Below are positions 13,011 to 30,877 of a stretch of 64,000 nt of DNA, piece by piece. Numbering within the stretch: the first letter of the stretch is position 1; each line of letters opens with the position of its first letter. The DNA comes from the human T2T-CHM13v2.0 reference genome, Homo sapiens. The DNA is taken from assembly GCF_009914755.1 (NCBI RefSeq), contig NC_060939.1, one strand, 5' to 3'. Position numbers and translations under genes: made by a program. The notes beneath the pieces were generated by a model, which ran no database searches, was not told the DNA's origin, and saw only the letters and a list, made by a program, of their open reading frames with translations.

Positions 13011-14499
13011 CTTACTGCCTGTCTGTTTGAAAGTGTTATTCTGCATGTCTTTCCTAGTTTACCTTTTTTCAAGGAAGACATATTTTTCTTCTTTTGAGGA
13101 AGATGTAAATAAAAATATTGGTCCTGTTATATGACTTTCAAGTCTAGATCATAAGAGGTCTTAAACTTATGCATCATTATCTGGGGATGCTTGCTCTTGG
13201 AACCCACCAACCTTTTCAAGGAGAAGCCCAAACAGACCTTAGGGAAGCCTTACTTCTCTAAGTCTTGTGTCAGGAAGCCAGGGCCCCTCACCCACATGGC
13301 AGACATGCAAGTGAGCCGCCACCAAAGTGAATCCTTCAGCACCCAGGTGATGCACCCCAGTGGAGACCACAGGAAGAGCAAATTGTCTCCACTGAGCCAA
13401 GGCCAAATTGCCAAATAATGAGCATGTTGAGAAATTGTTTAAAGCACTCTACCCAAAAAACGGAGGGTTATATTTGAGAATCTAATAGAACTGATTCTCA
13501 CATCCACAGAAACAAGTTGTCTTCTTTCCCAAGCTTGATGATTAGCACAGTGCTTTGGCCTGAGACATCATGGCAGCTGTTGGAGGAATCAGGATAACAA
13601 TGCATTTTATAGCCACCAATGACCATTCTCCCTTTTCCCTGGCTTCCCAGATGCCATAACAGTAGGCAGGTCCTTAGTAGTAGTTTAGGTGATTGCACTC
13701 CCCATCCTGTCCGTATGCCTGTCACTTGCCCTTCTTTCTGTTGTTTGGGAGTCCAACTTCTTAGAAGGATCTTTTTAAGTATAGTTTTATAACTCTGGCT
13801 CCAAAGAAAGTTAACAAACAAAAAAGTAAATAAGTATTCCCCTGAACTTATTACTAAAGGGCCTTCAAAAATTTCAACAACACGGCAGAGTGAGCTTTTG
13901 TTAGTGGGCCATATTTCCATGAAAAAGATAGAAATGATAGACAAAATTTTTAAAACTTTAAAAGATATGTGACCAGGTATAAACAAGAGAAGTAAAATCT
14001 TTGGGTATCAGAAATGGAGAAAGAACCTGTATTCAGAATGATCTACAGAAATTGCTAACTTCAGATATAGACACGAGGGGCTGGGCTTGGGTTTTGAACT
14101 CCCCAGGGGACAGATATGCAACTAAGAGCCGGAATTGAGCTTCCATGTATAGCTCAAACCATATAAAAAGGACTAGAAAAACTCTACTTTCTTGGAGAAA
14201 ATGGCAAGGAAGCTTGCTTGGTGGATGTGGCCTTGGGTTGTGCAGTATTGAGAGAACAAATAGAAATTAGAAATAAGTCAGCACTATTTGTGGGGTTGGG
14301 TCCAAATTTATGCTCCTGTTTACTGCAGAAAGGCCAAGCAAAGAAATTAACAATAAAACTGGTCTTTGCAAAACTAAACATGAAACTACGTTGTCATGGT
14401 TAATTCTACAGTGCAGGTCAAACAATTCTTGCTGAAAATAAGCTCCCAATAAAAATTTACAAGCCAATGGAGGAGACCAATTACCATGGAGAAGTGGAC

Positions 14500-15490
14500 A
14501 GAGACAGAGAAAGAAAGAAAAATAGAATACCATGAACTAGAGATAAGGAAATGACACTATAAACTATAAGACAAAGTATATAAAGTATAAAATCTAAACA
14601 TTTTATATATTTGCATATATATATAAACTGAGTAAATAAAAATAACTGAATAAATAAAGGTATAGAATTTTGTAAGAGCAGATTTTTAAAAAATAAAATG
14701 TAGAAATGAAATAACAGTCATTGAGAAGCTCATTAGCTGAGTGATGTATTAGACAAAAAGATTAGGAGAAAATTAGAAGAATTAGATTACAAGAAAATTT
14801 AGTGAATTCTAGGGTGACTCTAAGGAAAGCATCCTTAATATGACACAAGGATGAAGAGAGGGGAAATACAAACACTTTGTGAGAGTAGGAGACATAGAGG
14901 ATAGAATAAGATCTTCTAACAGATGTCTAATACCAGTTTCAGAGGAGAGAATAGAGGACAAAGCTGTAATGACTCAGAATTTTTCAAATTGGTTAAAGGC
15001 ATATATTCTTAGCTTCATGAAACAACTAATTCCAAGCAGACGAAATACAAATAGCCACATCTAGGCACACAGTGATGAAACCATTGAATGTCAAATAAAA
15101 TATTAAAAGTAATCAGAGATAAAAAGACAAATTACATATATAGGGATTAGTTTTAGACTGACATTAGAGTGCTTATAAGTAACGGTAGATCCTGAGAGAG
15201 TAGAATCTCCAGAGTTGAATTAAAATGACCCTTAGCCTGTAATTGTATACTATGTTTTATTATTATTCAAGAGTGAGAACTAAGTACAGATATTTTTACA
15301 TAAGGCAAGACTAAAACATTTTTACTGCTCACGGATTTCAGATGAAAGAACTAATAAATGAAATGCTTCAGTAACAAGGATATTGAATCCAAAAGCAGAG
15401 AATGGGATTCAAGAAGCAATGCTGAAAAAGGAAATACGGCAAATGTGTTGATAAATTTAAATAAACGTTGAGTGTTTAAAAAAATGGAAA
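14500..15490 (+). mobile_element. Ancient L1M ORF1-region fragment
   Basis: A-rich, with degenerate ORF1-like motifs (ORF 14879-15064 resembles decayed ORF1p; cacatctaggcacacagtgatgaaac). Confidence 0.55.
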
Positions 15491-15496
15491 TCAACT

Positions 15497-16482
<986 letters not shown>

Positions 16483-16582
16483 TTAGAGGGAGGCTTCCTG
16501 ATTGGAGTGAATGTATTTCAATTTATTTATATGTAAAACAACAAAGATGTTACTGATAAAGATTATATATTGTTTAAGTTTA

Positions 16583-20044
<3,462 letters not shown>

Positions 20045-20061
20045 AAAGAAATCATCATAGA

Positions 20062-20195
20062 GGCCAGGCACGGTAGCTCATGCTTGTAATCTCAGCACTT
20101 TCGGAGGCCGAGGCAGGTGAATCACTTGAGCCCAGGAGTTTGAGACCAGCCTGGCAACATAGTGAAACCCCGTCTCTACTAAAAAAAATACAAGA
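20062..20195 (+). mobile_element. Alu left monomer / FLAM
   Basis: Reads ggccaggcacggtagctcatgcttgtaatc...ccccgtctctactaaaa, followed by a GA-rich expansion. Confidence 0.85.
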
Positions 20196-20630
20196 AAGAA
20201 AGAGAGAGAGAGAAGGGAGGGACAGAGGGATGGAGGGCAGAGGGACAGAGGGACAGACAGAAGGATGGAGGGAGGGAGAGAGAGAGAGGTAGTCAGGGAG
20301 GGAGAGAGGGAGGGAGGGAGGGGAGGAAAGGGAGGAAAGATGGAGGGAGGGTGGGAGAGAGAGAGGGAGGGAGAGAGGGAAGGAAGGAAGAAAAGGAAGG
20401 AAGGAAGGAAAAGATAGGAAGGAAGGAAAGGGAGGAAAGGAAGGGAGGGACAAATCAATGTAGAATGTATTATTTCCAAGAGAATAGAAGGAAGGGAGGG
20501 AGGGAGGGAGGGATGGAAGGAGAAATCAGTGTAGAATGTATTATATCCAAGGGAATAAAGGGTAATAGGGGAATAAAGAAAACTTAATTAACTAGAAGGT
20601 AGGGAGAAAAGAGGAGAAAGAAAGAGAATG
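20196..20630 (+). repeat. Polypurine (GGGA/GGAA/GA)n low-complexity tract
   Basis: Almost purely G/A on the + strand from 20196 to 20450, with further purine blocks to ~20630. Confidence 0.9.
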
Positions 20631-20639
20631 ATCAGCAGA

Positions 20640-21750
20640 ACACAGAAAATAAGAGAGTAAAAATAAGCCTGAATGTATCAGTTGTAATGAATGTAAATGG
20701 GTTAAATTCACATTTTTAAAAAAGCTTAGATTGTCAAATTTGATTTTAGAAAATCCAACAAAATACTATTTATGAATCACTCGTAAGACATAATGACACA
20801 ATAAAGTTCAAAGTAAAGAAATGGGGAAATTAGTACAATAAAAATTAACATTAGAAAATAAAAAACTAATAACAACAATAAAAAGAAATGGAACACTAGT
20901 TATGTGAGGGAGGCAGATCCTATCCAAAAGAAAAGTGTTGCAGAAGTATTACCACTAGGTCACATTAAATTTAACAGAAAACCTTTATTAGAGTTAAAGA
21001 AAGTCTTGACTTTGCCAAAAGACATACTTACCAAGAATTCAGTGTATAACAACTGAGAGTGCAGGCACCCAACAGTATAGTCTCCAAATACAGAAAGCAA
21101 GCATTGGCAGAATTATAAGGAGAAACTGACAACTCCACAGTAGTAGTAGATGATTATTTCATGTGTAGTTGAAAAAAAAATAACAAGGATGCAGAAGATT
21201 TGGATAATACCATTAAAATCTTAACCTACTAGACATATCTGAACCTTGCAGCTCAAAAGTAGGAACTTCAGTTTTCTGAAGACATATAAAACATTAACAA
21301 AAATTGATCACATATAAAAACACAAGGAAAGTGAAACAAACCATATTAATATAAACATCACAAATTAGAAACAGCAGAAATCCATGTTTTTAAATAACTT
21401 ATGGGTCAAAGATGAAATAATGGAAAGTGTAAACTATAAATGAATGATAACAAAATTGTGGCATGTAGCTAAAGCAAAATTTAGAGGAAAAATTATAGCC
21501 TTGAAAAGTATATTTTAAAATAAAAAATTGAAAATGAATTTTATAAAAATAGTAAAAGAGTAATGTGGCAAACTCAAAGTGGGAACGAGGAAATAATGAT
21601 GAAAAAGGATAAAGTCAATGAAATTAGAAGAAATGGTACAGTAAAGAGGATCGACAGAGCCAACATTTGGTCTCATGAAAATATTAGTAAAACTAACCTC
21701 TAGCAAGACTGAGAAATTAAAAAAAAAAAGCTTATACAAATTAATATGAG
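20640..21750 (+). mobile_element. Ancient L1M ORF2 endonuclease-region fragment
   Basis: Degenerate motifs aatgtaaatgggttaaatt and gcagaattataaggagaaactgacaactccacagtagtagtaga. Probably the continuation of the 14.5-15.5 kb fragment. Confidence 0.6.
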
Positions 21751-23691
21751 ACTATCTAAAGCAAATTTATTGCAGACGTAGAAGTTAGGTCAGGGTGGTG
21801 AGTGCACAGATGTTTATTATATATTAGTTCTTTATGTTAAAAATACTTCACAACAAAAAGTTCATAATCTTAGGCATTGTGCCTTAGTCCAGGCATTGCT
21901 TTAACAGGTACCAAGTCTCTCCTATTCTTGTGAATCTAGCTCCAGTGACTCATACATTCCTGCTTTATACATACTTTGTAGAAAATTGTAATCCTGTTCA
22001 TTGTAATCCTGGAATGGCAGAGGCAAAGTGTGAAATCAACAGAATGAATGCCTCTACCAAAGGTTGAGGAGAATAGGAATCCTGTCCATGTGTGGTTAAA
22101 AAAGCCAGATGCAAATTGGCCAGAGGTGGTCTAGGAACAGCTTCCATAAAAGACACAGGCTTTCTTGAGGCCTCTTAGCTCTGGCCATGACAAGGTTGTC
22201 CAGTCGCATTTACTTATCTGGTTGATGTTATTATTCATTTCTTTGAGATGGCAGTTCCTAAGCTTCAGAATCTGTGTGTAAAAGTAGGTTTACATTCTCT
22301 GGCTTGATCTGAGACACCAACATACTTTCATGAAGCCTGAGTGGAAAGAGCTGTGTGTGTTTGGCAGATACATCCTGGGTCCACAGCACAGGCAGTCACT
22401 TCCTAGAGGAACTTTCTCTGTTGCACTAAAAAGTGGTGGGTTGCAAGAAGAGAAAAGACATTTTGTTGAGGTTAAAATGAATGTGGACTCAATGTATACT
22501 TTTTGCTGTTATTCCATTTAAAACAACTGACTTCCTCTGGCAAGTTTCCTTTCATTTGAATAGTGTTTATTCAACATATTCAGACTTTTAAAAAAAAGTT
22601 TATTGCCTATGATTCTTAATCCTGATAAGCATACCACTGTTCTAAAATTTATATTGTGAGGAAAATTATGTCATCAGTTTATTTTTTCTTTTGATATTTC
22701 CCTTTTTTGGCTGAAAATAAATGACTACTTTTCTTATGTCACGGAGTATTGTCCCTTTTCTTTTTTTAAAAAACAGCCTTTGTTTTATTATTTTAGCCAG
22801 GAGTTTGCATATAGTTTGATATGAGATCTGTAATTTTTATAGGATAGCGTTCTTAGTCATGGCCACTTACATATTAGTGATCTCTTCCTCACATGGGTTC
22901 ATGAGAGTTGGAATGTACCATGACTGGGGTCCATACAGAGAAGGTGCTCCTATTTTCTTAGGCCTCTGCTGGCATTATGGGCAACATAAAAGAATGTGTC
23001 TGCCATTACCATGTGGTGACTCGAGTGGCAGGCCAGAGAGAGTTCCCTCTAGAAGGTAATGAAAGGTATGGACAACTGCTTTGGTCCCCTCTGACTGGCC
23101 AGGCCTTAGAATTAGGTTGGGAATACTGAATTTCCCAGGCACATTATTTTTTTAATACTATTGCTGCTGTAATCTTTTCTTTTATAAGAAGATGATTCAT
23201 TGTTTCCTATTCCCGATATTTTTACCACTTATCAGTGGTAATTGCTTTCAGAAATAATTGAGTCCAACCCTATGGTTTGTATGAAGTAAATACCTAAGTT
23301 TGATTTGATTCTTACTATTACTTGAACTTAGCAAAATAGTGCTTTAGCTGTCTTCTCTAGAGACCACACAAGAACACTTTATTTCGGTAGTCAGCTTAAA
23401 TAATATTTTCACTTTCTACAGATAGCAATGGGCATTAAACTTGGGAAGCTATGTAACTTGCCAAGGTTGCAGAGCCAGTTGTAGAGATAGGGCTGGATAG
23501 GATAGCTGGGTGATGCTCTTTTGGAGATTCCATATGACCTTTTCACTTGCAGTGCAAACACGTGTTCACAAATGGCTAAGTACATAAGTGTTGCTATAAG
23601 CATGTAGTTATATGACTAACAGTGGGCAGTAATTAAAATAATCATGCTTCATTTTTTCTTTGCAGACCCAATACTATTTTTAAGTGAATAA

Positions 23692-24031
<340 letters not shown>

Positions 24032-24699
24032 ACTAACATTTATCTTATGTATCAGTGTTCTTATAGTATAGAGCTTGATAAAGAACATAATCTTAAAAGA
24101 AAACAAGTTAGACCCGAAATTATCTCAGAACTTGAATGATGATAATTAGATAATTATTCAGTATGCATTTTAATTTGTGCTTGTGTGGATCAGACCATAA
24201 GCCATTTTGCTAAATTGTGGTGAATAATTCCACTGGAGGCCTTGAAATAATCGATACCTAGGCAACACGTGACTTAGCTTCAGCCTAGAGACCTGCCCTT
24301 CTCCCATGCATTAAAAGGAATTCTGGCTACTGTGGCTGCCACATGCCTAGTGAGCAGCGAGGTCAGGATCTCCTACCTTGCTTTCCAAAGGATGTCACTT
24401 GCTATAGCACCTTCATCAGATGCCTCCCTTAGTGCCCCCTCTTCTTCTATAGCAGTTCCCTTGGGGTTCAACTTAATTTGCAAGTTGAGGCATATTTTGG
24501 GTGGAAAACTTGTGTGTGTGTGTCTCTCTCTGTATATATTTTCCTTATTTAAGATTCTCTCAATTCAGTCAGTTTTACCTACTTTCCTCACTTGTGGAAT
24601 GGAGATAGGATTTTATGGCAGTTGATGAGAATTATTTTGGAAAGGTTTAGAATTAGAAGATTCTTTCATGGCTGAAAGCCATTTTAATTGATATAATTA

Positions 24700-24794
24700 A
24701 AGCATATGTATATGAAGAGTTTAGTGAAGACAGGTCAGATTCAAAGACTTCAGATCTGACCTGTCTTCATTAAACTCTTCATATACATATGCTT
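24700..24794. repeat. Near-perfect inverted repeat: 41-bp arms, 13-nt spacer
   Basis: Left arm 24700-24740 is the reverse complement of right arm 24754-24794 at 40 of 41 positions. Confidence 0.95.
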
Positions 24795-25148
24795 GGTTAT
24801 AAAATAACTACCTGCAAAAGGTAAATATTTTCTGATTTTTTTTTTTTTACCCCAAATGGGCTTTTCGGAAGCTTATTTATCTACAAAAGAGACATATGCT
24901 TTAGGTCTGTACTTGTTAATTTACCTTGGAAAAATTAGGTCATCATCAAATCTGGTAGTGTGGCTTATAAACTTGGCAAAATGGTCTAATTAAAAGCTTC
25001 TGTTAGATTATAGAAAAAGGAAAAAATGATTAATGCCAGTCATATTTTTGTTTTCATGGTTTGTGTATATGTAGATATATGTCACTCCTCATGTTGCATT
25101 AAAAGTATGTTGACTATCTGCTAACAGTTCATCTCTTTTCTTCTACAG

Positions 25149-25228
25149 CCTCCAAGTCTATTATAAATAGTATGCTACGGGACCCTTCTCAGATTCCAGA
25201 TGGAGTTCTAGCAAATCAGGTCTATCAG
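25149..25228 (+). CDS. CDIN1: CDIN1 coding exon 6 (80 nt): (P)[26 protein letters not shown]
   Basis: Polypyrimidine tract ending ttctacag at 25148; donor CAG|gtatta at 25229. Translation matches the recalled human C15orf41/CDIN1 sequence and joins the next exon in frame. Confidence 0.96.
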
Positions 25229-25589
25229 GTATTAATCACAGCTGTCTATTTTCAGTGGCAATGCTGTTATCTGCCTAGCAGAGTAAAGGATTTTAAACCT
25301 CATTTAATTACTGTCATCATAAACTATCACTGAGGTCAGGGTGCACCATAAATGGCAATGCAGTATTTGCGAGAAGAGCATTTCACTTTTTAATAGCTTG
25401 CTTTTATAGTGAATAAAAAGCATGCAATTTTTGTTTTCTGTGATTAAATCCGAACCGCCTTTTGATAGCTTTCTTTTTTTGGGGGGCGGGGGTGGGGGAA
25501 GAAAAGTAATTACTGCTTTTAGGATATTGTTTACTGTAATAGTTTTTGTAGCCGCCCCACCCCAGACCCCTTTTCTTATTTGTCTGCAG

Positions 25590-25639
25590 TGCATTGTGAA
25601 CGACTGCTGTTACGGACCACTAGTGGACTGCATCAAGCA
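25590..25639 (+). CDS. CDIN1: CDIN1 coding exon 7 (50 nt): CIVNDCCYGPLVDCIK(H)
   Basis: Acceptor ttttcttatttgtctgcag; ends CA|GTATCCTTT (U12 donor). The split codon CA+T gives His with exon 8. Confidence 0.96.
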
Positions 25640-28600
25640 GTATCCTTTCCCATAAAATTTTAGGTGCGCAATTGACGAGCTTAGACTCAGTGGAGATGTG
25701 TCTAGCTTTAACCTGACATAAAGTTCTGCTTCACAAAACACATTTCATACTCTTCTATTTTACATTCAATCAACTGGAGGGTCACTACAGACCATTCTTT
25801 TCTACAGCTTAAGAAATATCAGGTAGACCACAGGAAGATGTCAGTTCAGCAGTCACACATTCACATGCTTCTTTCAAACTGCCTGGTTTTCAATGAGTTT
25901 ACAGGTACAGAGTCATTAGGCAGGTAACGTAATGTCTTGGAATGTATCTACCCATCCCAGTAAACATTTTTTAAAAATATAACAAATTTCCATTTAAAAT
26001 GAGCCAAATTTTGTTGAATTTACGAGAATAAATTTAGAGCCTGGAGTTAAAGGAGGTTGTGATTAAAATGCTTCCAGAGACATCACATTTTAAAGGCAAC
26101 AGATTCTTATTGCTTAAATGCTGATTACAATCTGAGCCGGCATTTGGATTCCTAATAAACATTTTTAGAGAAATCAAGTTAATTTTTCCTCCTGGAATAC
26201 ATTTAAGGTTGTGAAAACAGATGTCCAGTCACTTTTCATTAAAGACATTGAGATTACTAAAGAGTTAATGTTCACTTTTTAAAACAAGATTGAACAGACA
26301 GTAACTACATAAAGTAGGACATTATTAATCAATAAATTTAGTAGTACTGTGGCAACAGCAAGGTTTTTGATAATCCTCAAAGGTGCTATTTAAATGGTAA
26401 ATAATGAGTAATTTTTATGAGAATAATTTCTATCCGAGTCCATGAATTTCACCCCTCTTAATAATATAAACATGTCCCTCCTGGTATGGATTTTGTTAGC
26501 ATGGATGGCACTGTGATGAATTGTGACTCAGTAATTACTAGTTAGGAGGCTTTTTGTTGGAAACTCCTGCTAGTCAAATCGTGTACATGTATGTGTTTAT
26601 ATTCCACCTTCTTTCACAAAGGCTTAGAGTCGTAACATTTTTAATAAGAAAATCATGCCTATATAAGTAAAGTTAATCTTTGATGAATAACCTTTGAACA
26701 GAGCCCTCTTACAAGAATATTCAGTATTGAAGATACAGCCCTTTATGTATTTCTCCTCCAAGTCTGTTTCTCCAGTCTAGCTTAAATTAGTAAAAACACA
26801 CAGCATTATCCCAAGCTCACCTTTTTATTAAACCAAAGTGAAATTGTACTTCTATATTCAGTATAAAATTAATGATAGTGTTAGAAACTGTAGGAGTACC
26901 AACCTTATGTTGCTAACACTGAGAAAGTTTAGCACATTCATATATCAACTAACACCATCTCAGAGTATCTGGGGTTGAATTACATGTTAATTTTAAAGCA
27001 CATAAAATAGTTAAAAATCAATTTAAAGTTAAGGTTTTAAAAGCATAATGTCTTTTGAAGGATTGCATATTGATTTTAAATATAACTATCTAATTATGTA
27101 TGCACGGACTAAAGTATGAAGTCAACTGCTTTGTAAATGCCAGGAGGCTATTTTTCAGTAATAGTTGAGATGCTTACGGGAAACTAGATTGCTGTATTGC
27201 TGGTGAAGAAAATGGCTTGTGAGGTTATTTACAAGTTTTGCCCATGGTCACTGCCATACATCAATAATAGGTATTATTATAGACAAAGTCTAAGTGTTTT
27301 TGCTTATACAGCATTATAAATTCTGTCTGGAGTATTTTCCTTACATTTTTGCCACCATTCACTTTCCTTTTTTGGTTGTGTTATTGCCAGTAGAATTTAA
27401 TGTAGTACATGATTTCAATTGATAAAGATAATGACGTATGTCTATAAATTACATTCACCGACTAGGTTATAATTTTTGCAGTTTCATTATGTCTGTTGCC
27501 AGTAAAACTACAGATTTTATAAGTTTTATTTTCTAGACTTTGCATTTCATATATGTTTATATCAAGCAAAGCATAATTAAGAAACATATCTTTCCAAAAT
27601 TTCAACTTGGTGATTGCTTTTGTCATGCAAAATAAAACAGGCTGGGAAGTTTACAGAGAAACTGATGTTGTCTCTGCATTGAAGTAGTAGCAGTTTCATA
27701 TAATGTATAAATGCACTTGCATAGATGTTTCCTAGACTGATCAGCATAATTATTTTATTTCACACTGAATAAAAATTATTGTTTTTCCATGTGAGTAAAT
27801 GTGCTGTTTGTTTTTCTGATAGTTTAGTAATATTTACATTGCTTACTCTCAGTAAATTACATCATGATGTGAGAAAGAAAGCACACATTCAGTAAATAAG
27901 ATAGGTGCTAAACCTTCTTAGTGCCTTATGAAAATGTTATGTTTGTGTAAGTAGAATAAAGTAAGTTGGTCATTTACTAGTAAGACATCACAGAAAGCAC
28001 AGTTAGCAAAGAGTATATACATCATCATTGTGCTTTCTCTTTTTTTTTGTTATCTACTGTATTTTTTCCTATGCAGCCATGCCCACCTACACCTTTCCCA
28101 CCACAGCTTATACTCACCAAGGAAAAAATGTGAGAAACCAGCCACCTCAACTTTCCAAAGTGTGACTCCAGGACACAGCTATTAGACAAAAGCATAAACT
28201 ATGAAGCAAGGAAAGGTAATGATGCAGGAAGCTTCAAATGCTGTGGGTTTCATTTCTGTACCATCAGAGACCTCAGTTTCATGATTCAACATTTTAGATG
28301 TAAATAATTTACAACAATAAAAATGAGAGCACATTTATGTGGAATAGAAGTAAATAATTTAGTTCTAAAGTGTGGGATGCCCCTAGTAATGAGAGACCAT
28401 TGAGAGTTATTCATCAAATGTCTTCAATGGACTCTGAAAATTTGTGAAATTTTGTGATTTAAAAATGTGTTCCTTTATTTTGTTTCTCTTTAGAAATTTA
28501 AAAAGCACAGCCATGTGCCTTGGAAGGCAAGGGACAACTGGAGGAAAAGGCAATAATGATGACTTAGGGCATGTTTTGCTGGAACATAAATGGCCACATC

Positions 28601-28970
28601 TCTTGAATTCTAAGATTTAAACCATATTCACCTGTATGTATTGGTAAAATGCAAGATAATTCTCTAGGAATTTTTTTTTTAATAAATAACGAAGTTTTAT
28701 TTAAGTTGAACTCGTGCAGTGCATGATCAGAATCAGCTTCTCTGGTAAGCCAAGGAGTGACGTGACCAGGTTGACGTTATCAGTGAAAAGGACAATGAAG
28801 GTAATGATTCACATAATTATTACCAAATGCAAATGCTTTTGAGTCAGTTGAAATACTAGACTAGGATAACACTCCTTTTCAGACTTTGGGCAATCTCATC
28901 TGTTTGGAAAATACACAGCACTTCCATGTTCTGCTCCTGATTTCATTATTTACCAGCCACGGGACCTTCA

Positions 28971-29343
<373 letters not shown>

Positions 29344-29489
29344 CTACTTGTGTGGCTATTATAAGATGGTATCTCAAAGTATTTAGTACAAAGTCTTCAT
29401 ACATTATATTTAAGAAATATTAGCTATTATCAATTATTCCATAATTTTAATACTTTTTGAGAAGCTATATGGAGGTCATAAACATAGAC

Positions 29490-29660
29490 TTGACAGGGAT
29501 CTTGTTGTTATCTTATTTGCCACTCATTAACTGTATGCCCTGTGCAGGTTCCTTCTAGGCCTCGGTTTTCTCATCTATAAAATAAGGATTGTAATTATGA
29601 GGATAAAATAACATCCTAAAGGCACTTAACACAGTGCCTACCACATAGTAAGCACTGAAA
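29490..29660 (+). mobile_element. MIR
   Basis: Reads gcctcggttttctcatctataaaataagg...cacatagtaagcact. Confidence 0.75.
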
Positions 29661-30057
29661 AAATATATATTCATATGTATATCTATTTAGATACATGTAC
29701 ATGCATACGCATACACACACGAGAAAAAGACTCTTGAAACAGCCTCTGTACCCACACCCTAATCCACAACTCTTTACTAAGATGTCTTTCCTGCAGATTA
29801 CATATATTCTTAACAAGTTACTTGTTTGGCTTGCCAGTGGCAAAAGTTCAACAACAGTCGACTGGAAGTGAAACAAAGAAGTTTCTAAATGTTGGCCTGA
29901 TGACAAATGTGAATTCACAGAAGATTTACAGAATTCTCTAAGATTAGGAATTCTTCTAGGGCAAAGACTGCCTAGTATTCTTTACTGTACCTATTAAGTG
30001 CTTAATAAATGTATGCTAAATTGAGTTGAGGGATTTTAATTTAAAAATTTTTTTAGA

Positions 30058-30168
30058 ATTTTTTTTAAGAGCGGGAGCCTTGCTACCTTACCCAACTGGC
30101 CTCAAGTGATCCTTCCACCTCGGCCTCCAGAGTGGCTGGGGTTATAGGCGCAAGCCACCTTGCCCAGC
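30058..30168 (-). mobile_element. Partial Alu monomer (FLAM-like)
   Basis: Contains ggcctcaagtgatccttccacctcggcctccagagtggctggggttataggcgcaagccacc. Confidence 0.8.
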
Positions 30169-30286
30169 TGAATTGGAAGATTTTTAACACAGATTAAAGT
30201 ACATTTAAAATGACTCTCCTTCTTTTCAAAATACAAGCACACATCCATTTACAAATCTTTGTTTGCCAAAATATATATAAAAATTA

Positions 30287-30603
<317 letters not shown>

Positions 30604-30772
30604 GGTTTTAAAAAATTATAGAAAAATTCTATCCAATTATTTAAATGAGGGGATGTGTGTAGAGATTTCATTCCTCCAAGATGTGGACTAAGGGTGAAAA
30701 TGGCTGCTCAAAGTATAGACCTGGTATTAGCGTTTTCCTGCTGGTATAATTCTGCCTGTGTTACCCCCTTAA

Positions 30773-30877
<105 letters not shown>

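Noticed and set aside
20055-20587. Pro/Ser/Leu-rich and Arg/Glu/Gly-rich ORFs
   Set aside because: Translations of the GA-rich simple repeat and the adjacent Alu.
25422-25655. 77-aa ORF as an independent gene
   Set aside because: It is CDIN1 exon 7 plus open flanking intron sequence.
28757-28782. Paired TGACGT half-CRE sites plus TTATCA
   Set aside because: Short motifs with no independent evidence; not supportable without chromatin or conservation data.
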